Assembly: GCA_048938005.1 (NCBI GenBank)
Contig: JBHLMQ010000028.1
Location: 1 to 12,761 of the forward strand
DNA from: Promethearchaeota archaeon
GTDB lineage: Archaea > Asgardarchaeota > Lokiarchaeia > Sigyniarchaeales > SOKP01
Direction: 5' to 3'
DNA length: 12,761 nucleotides
In this document: positions 1 through 7,241 of the stretch, piece after piece
Layout: every line of letters starts with the position of its first letter
How positions within the stretch are numbered: the stretch's first letter is position 1
The notes under the pieces: generated by a model
What the model was told of the DNA's origin: nothing
The model's input: the letters and a program-made list of their open reading frames with translations, nothing else
Database searches by the model: none
Translations under genes and position numbers: made by a program

Positions 1-77
1 AAATATATTAAAATTACAGAAATATAGAAATTTTTAACCTAACAAATTGTATTAAAATTAAAACAAAGAAAATTAAA

Positions 78-473
78 ATGTCAGATGAAGAACTTAGGGA
101 TCAAATTAATAAAATAGCAGTAGAAATAGAGAAACTTGAAGTAATAGCGAAGCAAAAAGAATCCTATATTAACGATAAACTGAATGAGGAATTTGATCCT
201 AAAATCAGTGAAATTGAATTAAAATTGCAGAATCAACAAGCTATATTTGATGAACTAGTTAAAAAAATTGATGGCCTAACATCCCAAAAGAAAGAATTAA
301 CTCCTATTATAAAAAATTTAGAGAATGAATATAATAATTTGAAAAAAAAAAAGCAGAAAGCTTTAAACGAGAAATTAAAGGCAATTGATAAAGAAAAGAA
401 AAGTAAAACGAAAGTTATTGACCAACAGATTAAATTACTAGAAAAAGAGTTAAAGATGAGTGAAAAAAAATAA
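78..473 (+). CDS. Hypothetical all-helical coiled-coil protein (131 aa)
   Basis: ATG-start ORF rich in K/E/L/I with heptad periodicity and no hydrophobic segments; TATA-like TTTTTAA at 31-37 upstream. Confidence 0.8.
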   Translation: MSDEELRDQINKIAVEIEKLEVIAKQKESYINDKLNEEFDPKISEIELKLQNQQAIFDELVKKIDGLTSQKKELTPIIKNLENEYNNLKKKKQKALNEKLKAIDKEKKSKTKVIDQQIKLLEKELKMSEKK

Positions 474-521
474 TTTATTGATCCTAAAAAAATAAAATTA
501 TAATTTGAAGGTTTTTCCTCA

Positions 522-551
522 AACAAGATATTAACCAACAAGATATTAACC
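522..551. repeat. Perfect tandem duplication, 2 x 15 bp (AACAAGATATTAACC)
   Basis: Identical copies at 522-536 and 537-551; ATTTGAAG occurs on both sides (503-510 and 552-559). Confidence 0.9.
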
Positions 552-671
552 ATTTGAAGTTAATAATTGAAAAATATTTTTTCCGCGTTCATAATCTAGA
601 TAAAATATTTTCAAATCGCATTTAATCATGATAAAAATTATTTAATCCACTTTATAAATAATTAGAATGGG

Positions 672-687
672 GAAAACATTTATAAAG
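672..687 (+). promoter_or_regulatory. Archaeal BRE-TATA promoter candidate for the RHH gene
   Basis: GAAAACA-TTTATAAA-G; 15/16 identical to the element at 9972-9987. Confidence 0.55.
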
Positions 688-745
688 CTAAATTGCATCA
701 ACTATTTCAACAGAAATAGAATAATTTCTTAGGATAATTTAATTT

Positions 746-1141
746 ATGAAAATAGTTACGGTAAATATACCAGATTCATATTTAAGGTTATTAGAAAAGA
801 GTAGTTTATGCACTGGTATTTATAGATCAGAACTTATACGCCAGGCGGTTAGATCTTATTTAATAAAGGAAATGAAATTTGCTAAGAGATTAGAGATAGA
901 AGTTGAAGATAAAAGGATTACCAGATTTTTTGAATACTGTATTAATTGTGAACGCAAACTTCATACCATAGAAAGGAGGGACCATCTTTTTCATAAAAAA
1001 GTTGAAGTATTTCAATTAAGGTTTTGTTGTTCGTGCTATGATAAGTTCAAGAACACACCATTCAATAAGTTCCCAAAACAAATTATTGATAAAATTAAGA
1101 AAAAAGTTAAAGCATATAAAAATTATAGGTTAAGGCTATAA
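746..1141 (+). CDS. Ribbon-helix-helix (CopG/Arc/MetJ) transcriptional regulator with C-terminal Cys4 zinc-finger-like domain
   Basis: N-terminus MKIVTVNIPDSYL...RSELIRQAVRSYL matches the RHH pattern (alternating beta-ribbon plus SELIR helix B); C-terminus has CINC...CCSC. Confidence 0.8.
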   Translation: MKIVTVNIPDSYLRLLEKSSLCTGIYRSELIRQAVRSYLIKEMKFAKRLEIEVEDKRITRFFEYCINCERKLHTIERRDHLFHKKVEVFQLRFCCSCYDKFKNTPFNKFPKQIIDKIKKKVKAYKNYRLRL

Positions 1142-2044
1142 ATTGCTGAATATTTTTTTCCATTCGCCATTCTGAGCATATTTCTTGGCTTCTCTAAATA
1201 TTTCAAGGAAATTTTTTAATTCATTACTAGGATATTCATCTAATATAGAATAGTGTTCATTTACTCTATCAGGCAAAAATTTCTTATTATTTATGATACG
1301 AATTGCTTGAGTGAAGAAGGTTTTTACAGCTCGATCCCAGCTACTTATCTCAATTTTATCAAATATATACTCAATTAGACGTTCAGTTATGTCTCTTTTT
1401 AAAGGTTTACCCCAGTTAAAATTCCAATATTTCATAAGGATAAGAAGTTTGTTTATTTTTCCGTTTTGTTTCTTATTTAATTTAAAGAGCGTTTGTTCTT
1501 CTAATGCCTGATTTATTTTTTTAATCCCTTTTTTTCCACCTGGGATAAGATAATTTCCGTTGAGTAATTCCAGTGCCGGAATACAGTCAAAAAGAATCGA
1601 AATACCTGAATAATCAATTCTAATGGGAATAGCATGTTTATATGGAGGATTTCTTAATATTTTCATATTTTCCTTCTGATTATATTCATAAACTTTAAGA
1701 TTAGAATAAAGTAATTCGAAAAGTAGGCTTTTAGTTATATTATTTTGTTCAAATGGGTCGGGCTTTTCTTTTTTATATACAAAATATACGTCAACATCAA
1801 ACCGATTTTTAATGAAAAGCCCCCTATCGAAAGTTCCTCCAAACCAAAATCTGTCTATAATATATTGATAGGTATTTTTTGATAAATAAAGGGAAGACCA
1901 GTAAGGGATTTGATTTTGAGAAATAGCTTTTAACTTATTAAACAAATTATTAGCTTTTTCCTGAAGGAATATCTTTTGATTCTCTGTAATAGTTAAAGTA
2001 TCAATTAATTGTTCCAAACTGTTATGAATCTTATTTGCAGTCAA
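1136..2044 (-). CDS. Pol-beta superfamily nucleotidyltransferase, CD-NTase (cGAS/DncV-like)/SMODS-OAS type
   Basis: FGGTFDRG...DVD (D83/D85), third Asp in FDCIPA (D153), YLIP, NGKINKLLILMKYWN helix, PD..N and terminal W..IF, all as in CD-NTases; TTG start. Confidence 0.75.
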   Translation of the reverse strand: MTANKIHNSLEQLIDTLTITENQKIFLQEKANNLFNKLKAISQNQIPYWSSLYLSKNTYQYIIDRFWFGGTFDRGLFIKNRFDVDVYFVYKKEKPDPFEQNNITKSLLFELLYSNLKVYEYNQKENMKILRNPPYKHAIPIRIDYSGISILFDCIPALELLNGNYLIPGGKKGIKKINQALEEQTLFKLNKKQNGKINKLLILMKYWNFNWGKPLKRDITERLIEYIFDKIEISSWDRAVKTFFTQAIRIINNKKFLPDRVNEHYSILDEYPSNELKNFLEIFREAKKYAQNGEWKKIFSNL

Positions 2045-2068
2045 ATCAGATTATAGAGAAAAGATCTT

Positions 2069-2082
2069 TATTTAAATCTTTT
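2069..2082 (-). promoter_or_regulatory. BRE-TATA promoter of the nucleotidyltransferase gene (probably leaderless transcript)
   Basis: Minus strand reads AAAAGA-TTTAAATA, ending 24 nt before the TTG at 2044. Confidence 0.55.
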
Positions 2083-2215
2083 ATGGTATTCTCTCAGTAT
2101 ATAATTGTTTTATTCACATATATAATCACATAAATGATATAATAAGATTAATATAATAGTTCAATAAATAATAATATGAAGCTTTAAAAAAAATCCTCAT
2201 AAGAGGCGATATCTA

Positions 2216-3499
2216 ATGGGAAAAAATAAAAAAATTATGATTTCGCTTATATTTTTGAGTTTTATGATAGGTGCTTGTTTTAGTTCTTTTATTGTAATTG
2301 AAGATTTAACTTTTAAGGATCTAAATAATACTAAATCACGAAATTTAACTTCTCTTAAATTAAGTGCAGAACCAATCGAATTGAAATGGAGTTATAATAC
2401 TAGCTTTATCATTAATAAAGTAGCGATATCTTCTGATGGAAATTATATAGTTGTGGGAACTGGTCATGTTTCAATGATTAATGATGCATATGTCTACTTA
2501 TTTAGTAAATCAAGTTCTACACCGTTATGGAGTTTTGATGCTGGTTCAGATGTCATGTCTGTTGATATTTCCGCTGATGGGAATTATATTGTTGCTGGAA
2601 GTCATGATCGTAATGTATATTTATTTAGTAAATCGAGTGCAATCCCATTATGGAATTATACAACAATTCACATAGTAGGGTACGTTTTCATAACACCTGA
2701 CGGTAATAAAATAGTAGCGGGATCACATAAGGGTGTATATTTGTTTAATAAAGCAAGTTGTATACCCCTAAGAACTTTTGCCCTAGGAGAAGATATAATG
2801 ACTACAGCGATGTCTTCTAATGGGAATTATATTGCTATAGTAAATTGGCAGATTGGAAAGTATAATCTTAGTTTATACAATACAGCGAGTTCTATAGCAA
2901 CGTGGAATTATACAACAAACGATATTCTTTGGTCCGTGGATCTTTCAGCTGATGGTAGCTATATTGTTACAGGAGGTAAGTATGATAATATTACCTACTT
3001 TTTTGAAAAATCAAGTTCTACTCTTTTATGGAACCATACAGCCAATGATTCAGTAAATTCTGTGGCGATCTCTGCTGATGGGAATAATATAGTAGCAGGA
3101 AGTGATGATTATAACATATATTCATTCAATAAATTAAGTCCTACTCCTTTATGGAACTATACAGCTAATGACTCAGTAATTACTGTGGCGATCTCTGCTG
3201 ATGGTAATAATACCGCAGCAGCAACTTCGGATGGGAAGATCTATTTTTTCGAAACAACAGATTCCACTCCAATATGGAATTATCAAATTGGTGGAGGATT
3301 AGCTTCAATTTCAATTACACCCGAAGGCAATTATTATGCAGCTGGAAGTTCGGATGGTAGAACTGTATATTTATTCAGTAAACCTGGTCTAGACACAGCA
3401 GGTTTTATAATTCCATTTGATAATTATTATCTAATATTTGCTATGGTTGCTTTAATATCATTAGTAATAGTTGTTAGAAGGAAAAGAGAAGTACATTGA
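2216..3499 (+). CDS. Secreted, membrane-anchored WD40/PQQ-like beta-propeller (about 8 blades) with Loki-CTERM-like C-terminal sorting signal
   Basis: Basic N-terminus plus hydrophobic signal; eight IS(A/S)DGNY-type repeats with PLW motifs; C-terminal IPFDNYYL + TM helix + RRKR; SD-like GAGGCGA at 2203-2209. Confidence 0.88.
   Translation: MGKNKKIMISLIFLSFMIGACFSSFIVIEDLTFKDLNNTKSRNLTSLKLSAEPIELKWSYNTSFIINKVAISSDGNYIVVGTGHVSMINDAYVYLFSKSSSTPLWSFDAGSDVMSVDISADGNYIVAGSHDRNVYLFSKSSAIPLWNYTTIHIVGYVFITPDGNKIVAGSHKGVYLFNKASCIPLRTFALGEDIMTTAMSSNGNYIAIVNWQIGKYNLSLYNTASSIATWNYTTNDILWSVDLSADGSYIVTGGKYDNITYFFEKSSSTLLWNHTANDSVNSVAISADGNNIVAGSDDYNIYSFNKLSPTPLWNYTANDSVITVAISADGNNTAAATSDGKIYFFETTDSTPIWNYQIGGGLASISITPEGNYYAAGSSDGRTVYLFSKPGLDTAGFIIPFDNYYLIFAMVALISLVIVVRRKREVH
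3025..3212 (+). repeat. Intragenic direct repeat (duplicated propeller blade, 123-bp offset)
   Basis: 3025-3089 versus 3148-3212 differ at 6 of 65 nt by manual comparison. Confidence 0.85.
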
Positions 3500-3542
3500 A
3501 TTCAAACATTCATTTAAATGTTCAATTTCATAGTTTAATTAA

Positions 3543-4541
3543 TTAAAATAACTTTTTTTTTTTTAATTTTTGATAAATTTCAGATCTCCGTAAGATGTAC
3601 CATCTTGCGATAGGTTTAATCAAGTGAGCTAGATATCTTTTTACCCCAATCCATTTTCTAACTTCATCATAAAAATCTTGAAGTGTATGATGTTTAAAAT
3701 TTAATAAATTTTGAAGATATTGTGTTTCTTGTGAGTCAAAAATTCCGTAGTAAAAACCTTTTTTAGCAAATGCCGTTTCTGGTAAAAAATTTCTACCAAA
3801 ACCCATGATTTCATAATAATCACTAAGATTCTCCCCATAAGTTATTTGGCAATCTTTCCCTCCACCTAAATTAAAAATTTTTCCCCAAACTTTATCAGAT
3901 TCTATTGCATTAACAATCGCATTAGCCAGATCTTTAACATGTATTATCTCTAAAGGTGTATCTAAAGGGATATGAAACATAATTGGTCTAAATCTTAACA
4001 TATCTACTGATGCCGCATATGAAATTCTAAAAATGCAATAAACCATTCCAGAATTTATGATTAATTTTTCTGCTTCTATTTTTGTATAAGCATAAATATC
4101 TTCAGGAGAAGTCTCGATAGGATCTGAGATTCTAATGACTGGATTTTGTAACTTCCTACTATAAACAGCCACAGAAGAGGTGAATATAATTTTTGGATTA
4201 ATTTCTTGAGCTTTCATAGCATTTAAAACATTATCTGTTCCACCAATATTAGTAAGTTTAGCTAGATCTGGATTATACATCGCAATATCAGGTAAAACTC
4301 CTGCAAGATGAATAATTATATCTTTATTAAGAACTGATCTTTTAACATCTTCATAATTCTGAATGTCCCCCCAAATAATTTCAATAGTTTTCTTGTAGGG
4401 TTTAAATAGTTTTTTATTTTTACGAGATTGTCTTAAAAGTAAACAGATATCATACTTTCCTTTTCGAGAGATTAATTCTCTAAAAAGTTCTTTGCCAATT
4501 GTACCAGAAGCACCCGTTAATAATATTTTCTTCTTTTTCAT
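3543..4541 (-). CDS. NAD(P)-dependent epimerase/dehydratase family oxidoreductase (extended SDR)
   Basis: LLTGASGTIG Rossmann motif, GDI, IHLAG, N..GT, FTSS, catalytic YAYTK. Confidence 0.9.
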   Translation of the reverse strand: MKKKKILLTGASGTIGKELFRELISRKGKYDICLLLRQSRKNKKLFKPYKKTIEIIWGDIQNYEDVKRSVLNKDIIIHLAGVLPDIAMYNPDLAKLTNIGGTDNVLNAMKAQEINPKIIFTSSVAVYSRKLQNPVIRISDPIETSPEDIYAYTKIEAEKLIINSGMVYCIFRISYAASVDMLRFRPIMFHIPLDTPLEIIHVKDLANAIVNAIESDKVWGKIFNLGGGKDCQITYGENLSDYYEIMGFGRNFLPETAFAKKGFYYGIFDSQETQYLQNLLNFKHHTLQDFYDEVRKWIGVKRYLAHLIKPIARWYILRRSEIYQKLKKKKLF

Positions 4542-4815
4542 ATAGTAATACTCTTTTAATTAGTAAAAATTTTAATTTTAGAATAGATCAGGTTCTTTTT
4601 GTGTTTATATAGAAAACTATTAAGAACTGAAGAATATTTTGATTAATTTGTTAAAATATATCAAAGAATTTAATTAATAGGATTCAGAAATACAAAAAGT
4701 ATAATAGCAACTTTATCAAAATGTAAGTTTTATATATATTAAACACATCCTTAATCTTGTAGAAATTTTTTAAATCATTGCTAAGAGTTAAATAAAGATA
4801 GAGGGATGATTCCAA

Positions 4816-5661
4816 ATGTCAAATAAAAGAAAAAATAGTAATGAGAGTTCAGCTATTGCTGAACAAATTATGACTCCATATGTTGTTATGCTAGATACTA
4901 CTGCCACTTTCAAAGATGTTGTTGAAAAGATGCAAAAACACAACATTTCGGCAGTTTTTATTGAGGATACTATTGAAAGTGAATATTTCATAATTACTAA
5001 GACCGATGTTATTAATTTTTTAAATAGTGGTGCTATGGGTGAACAAAATCTTTCAGAAGTTTCAGTGAAAAAAATCATGCAGGGACCAACTAGCCTGATA
5101 GATGTTAACACACCAATAGATAAGGTTATTCGATTTATGATTGAACATAATTTCAAACGAGTTTTAATTGGAAGGGATAATAAACCAGTTGGAGTTGTTT
5201 CTACTAAAGATATTATGCAGTGGAATAACACCTACTTTAAACCTTCAAAACCTCAAATATTACTTTTCATGGATAATATAAACAGTATTTTTATTGCTAA
5301 ACATATCTATGAAGAAAATATTGGAGAAGATGTTGAAGATGAATTAATTGATGCTTATGGAGGAGCTATAACTTCAATTTCAGTGATAATAGATGAGATA
5401 CTTAAAAAATCTGGAACAATGCGCCAATTGTTAAAAGATAAGAGATCTATCCTTTTTGAACCTTATAAGGGGATTACAGGGATTTTAATTAGTGATTATA
5501 ATTCTATTGAATTGCGTCGAAAATTACAGATTGCTACAAAAAAATTCTATGAAATACATGCAAAAACTATCGATGCTTCCCATAAGGAAGAGAAAGGAAT
5601 TAACGTAAACCTTGATGTTGACCCTATAGTTCCAATTTTCAAAGAAGAGCAAAATCTTTAG
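4816..5661 (+). CDS. Tandem CBS-domain (Bateman) protein with C-terminal longin/roadblock-like domain
   Basis: CBS1 IMTPYVV...IITKTDVI; CBS2 IMQGP...VGVVSTKDIM; the C-terminal ~135 aa have a beta-beta-alpha-beta-beta-beta-alpha pattern ending LRRKL..ATKKFYE; SD-like GAGGGATGA upstream. Confidence 0.8.
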   Translation: MSNKRKNSNESSAIAEQIMTPYVVMLDTTATFKDVVEKMQKHNISAVFIEDTIESEYFIITKTDVINFLNSGAMGEQNLSEVSVKKIMQGPTSLIDVNTPIDKVIRFMIEHNFKRVLIGRDNKPVGVVSTKDIMQWNNTYFKPSKPQILLFMDNINSIFIAKHIYEENIGEDVEDELIDAYGGAITSISVIIDEILKKSGTMRQLLKDKRSILFEPYKGITGILISDYNSIELRRKLQIATKKFYEIHAKTIDASHKEEKGINVNLDVDPIVPIFKEEQNL

Positions 5662-5664
5662 ATA

Positions 5665-5690
5665 ATTAATGTTTTTTATCTTTTTTTAAT
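5665..5690 (+). terminator. Putative archaeal oligo-T terminator after the CBS gene
   Basis: GTTTTTTATCTTTTTTT just after the TAG stop, in a convergent intergenic region. Confidence 0.4.
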
Positions 5691-5749
5691 GGACCAAATG
5701 ATAGGTGACTAAAATCTTTTCAATAAAAGATGACTAAATGAATAAAATC

Positions 5750-6499
5750 TTATAAAAAATTTAAGCTCAATGCCATTACTACCATTCCAAGGATAATTCC
5801 TATAATTGAAAGATGTTCAAACCCACTATCCCGAGAGGCAGGGAGCAATTCATCCAAAGAAATGTAAACCATGAATCCTCCCACAATTGCCAGCATAGTT
5901 CCTAAGATAAAATCATTAATAAAGGGAAAAAGAAACAATCCAACAATTAGAGCTCCAATTGGTTCACTTAATCCTGATATGAATGACCAAAAGAAAGCCT
6001 TTTTTCTATTCTTAGTTGAGGCATAAATTGGAACTGCTACTGCGATACCTTCAGGTATATTATGGAGTGCTATGGCAAAACATAACATGACACCAAGTTC
6101 AACGTTTTTTAAAGCAGCTACAAAGGTTGCCATACCTTCTGGGAAATTATGAATAAAAATACCAAGTGTAACTAATAATGATGTTTTTTGTAATTTATCT
6201 TCTGAATATCCTTTTTTATCTTCAAATTCATACTTATGTGAAATTGTAATATCAATTACTAACATTAGAAACATCCCGATAAAGAAAAAAGTGTGTCCTA
6301 ATAAGAAATTTGAAGTTTCTATACCTTGTTGCAATAATTCTGCAAAAGAAATCAGGATCATAACCCCAGCAGAAAATCCCATTATGATTGAAATGAACTT
6401 TTTACTTGGTTCTTTAACAATAAAAGCAATAACACTGCCTATAGTTGTGGATAAACCAGCAATTAAAGTTAAAATAAGCGCAAATAAAAATGCTTCCAT
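5750..6499 (-). CDS. zupT: ZIP-family divalent metal (zinc) transporter ZupT
   Basis: LTLIAGLST, GFSAGVM, HNFPEG and HNIPEG signature motifs, SGLSEPIGA, ISLDELLP; about 8 TM helices. Confidence 0.93.
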   Translation of the reverse strand: MEAFLFALILTLIAGLSTTIGSVIAFIVKEPSKKFISIIMGFSAGVMILISFAELLQQGIETSNFLLGHTFFFIGMFLMLVIDITISHKYEFEDKKGYSEDKLQKTSLLVTLGIFIHNFPEGMATFVAALKNVELGVMLCFAIALHNIPEGIAVAVPIYASTKNRKKAFFWSFISGLSEPIGALIVGLFLFPFINDFILGTMLAIVGGFMVYISLDELLPASRDSGFEHLSIIGIILGMVVMALSLNFL

Positions 6500-6817
6500 A
6501 ATTACTTTCTATAGAGATGAATATAATTCGTTTTCTAGAAATATTTTATTTACTCTTATCCTTTAAATTTTCTTAATTTTCTGTTTGCAAATTTTTTACT
6601 TTAAACTATTACTAGTATAATAATGTTATAAAGAAATTTTAAATGTCTAAATTTGTTATTACCTTTTATTAGAATGTTAAGAGCGATTAAAATGTCATAG
6701 GAAAGATAAAAAATATTTTGAAGCTACAAAAAAGTACATTTCAAAGAGCAATTAATAAGAATCGCCTATTAAGTAGAAATGATTTTATGGATTAAAATAT
6801 CAAAATATTTTATTATT

Positions 6818-7138
6818 ATGGTAAACCTCGAAGAATTAGAAAAGAAAATAAAAGAAGAGATTTATAAGCTACGCAATTTAGGAGAGCATGCAAGAAGAGG
6901 GAGTGATCATCTTTATTATAGATCTATAAGTAAGATTAAAATAGGTAGATTAAAGGAAGTAAAATTCCAGGAGAAATTGATTTATGAAGTGGATTGTAAA
7001 TATGACGTTTACACGGAGACGGAATTCTTACATCCTCCAGAAATGGATGATCTATATACTGAGCATTACAACGACAAGTTTATTTTTGATAAGGATTTCA
7101 CATTATTAGAAATTAAAGATAACCGTCAAAAGAAATAA
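6818..7138 (+). CDS. Hypothetical soluble protein (106 aa from ATG 6818; alternative in-frame start at 6779)
   Basis: Protein-like composition with LGEHARRGSDHL and YTETEF motifs; the 13 codons from 6779 are AT-rich and look intergenic. Confidence 0.65.
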   Translation: MVNLEELEKKIKEEIYKLRNLGEHARRGSDHLYYRSISKIKIGRLKEVKFQEKLIYEVDCKYDVYTETEFLHPPEMDDLYTEHYNDKFIFDKDFTLLEIKDNRQKK

Positions 7139-7241
7139 TATTATTATAATATTAGAACGAATATCCGCAACTTTATCTGAACAGATTGTCCTAAAAACTT
7201 AAGATATTCAAATCATTATTGAAAACTTTTCTTACCGAATT

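Noticed and set aside
342-352. Poly-A tract as a phase-variation or frameshift site (also T12 at 3553-3564 and A10 at 12541-12550)
   Set aside because: All encode poly-Lys in intact frames and are expected in a very AT-rich genome
233-553. Minus-strand 106-aa ORF
   Set aside because: Antisense shadow of the Lys/Glu-rich gene; its Phe/Ser richness comes from the complement of A-rich codons
503-572. CRISPR-like ATTTGAAG/ATTGAAA repeats
   Set aside because: Only 7-8 bp match, no repeat-spacer periodicity and no cas genes
1311-1511. Plus-strand 66-aa ORF
   Set aside because: Lies antisense within the NTase gene and has no motifs
2481-2675. Alternate-frame 64-aa ORF
   Set aside because: Nested in the propeller gene with no independent support
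3025-3212. Diversity-generating retroelement TR/VR pair
   Set aside because: Mismatches are not adenine-specific, both copies are in-frame blades, and there is no reverse transcriptase
3496-3530. Imperfect hairpin between the convergent propeller and SDR genes
   Set aside because: Weak AT-rich stem with several mismatches; not enough to call a terminator
4788-5231. Minus-strand 147-aa ORF
   Set aside because: Antisense to the well-supported CBS domains
6291-6566. Plus-strand 91-aa ORF
   Set aside because: Largely antisense to zupT
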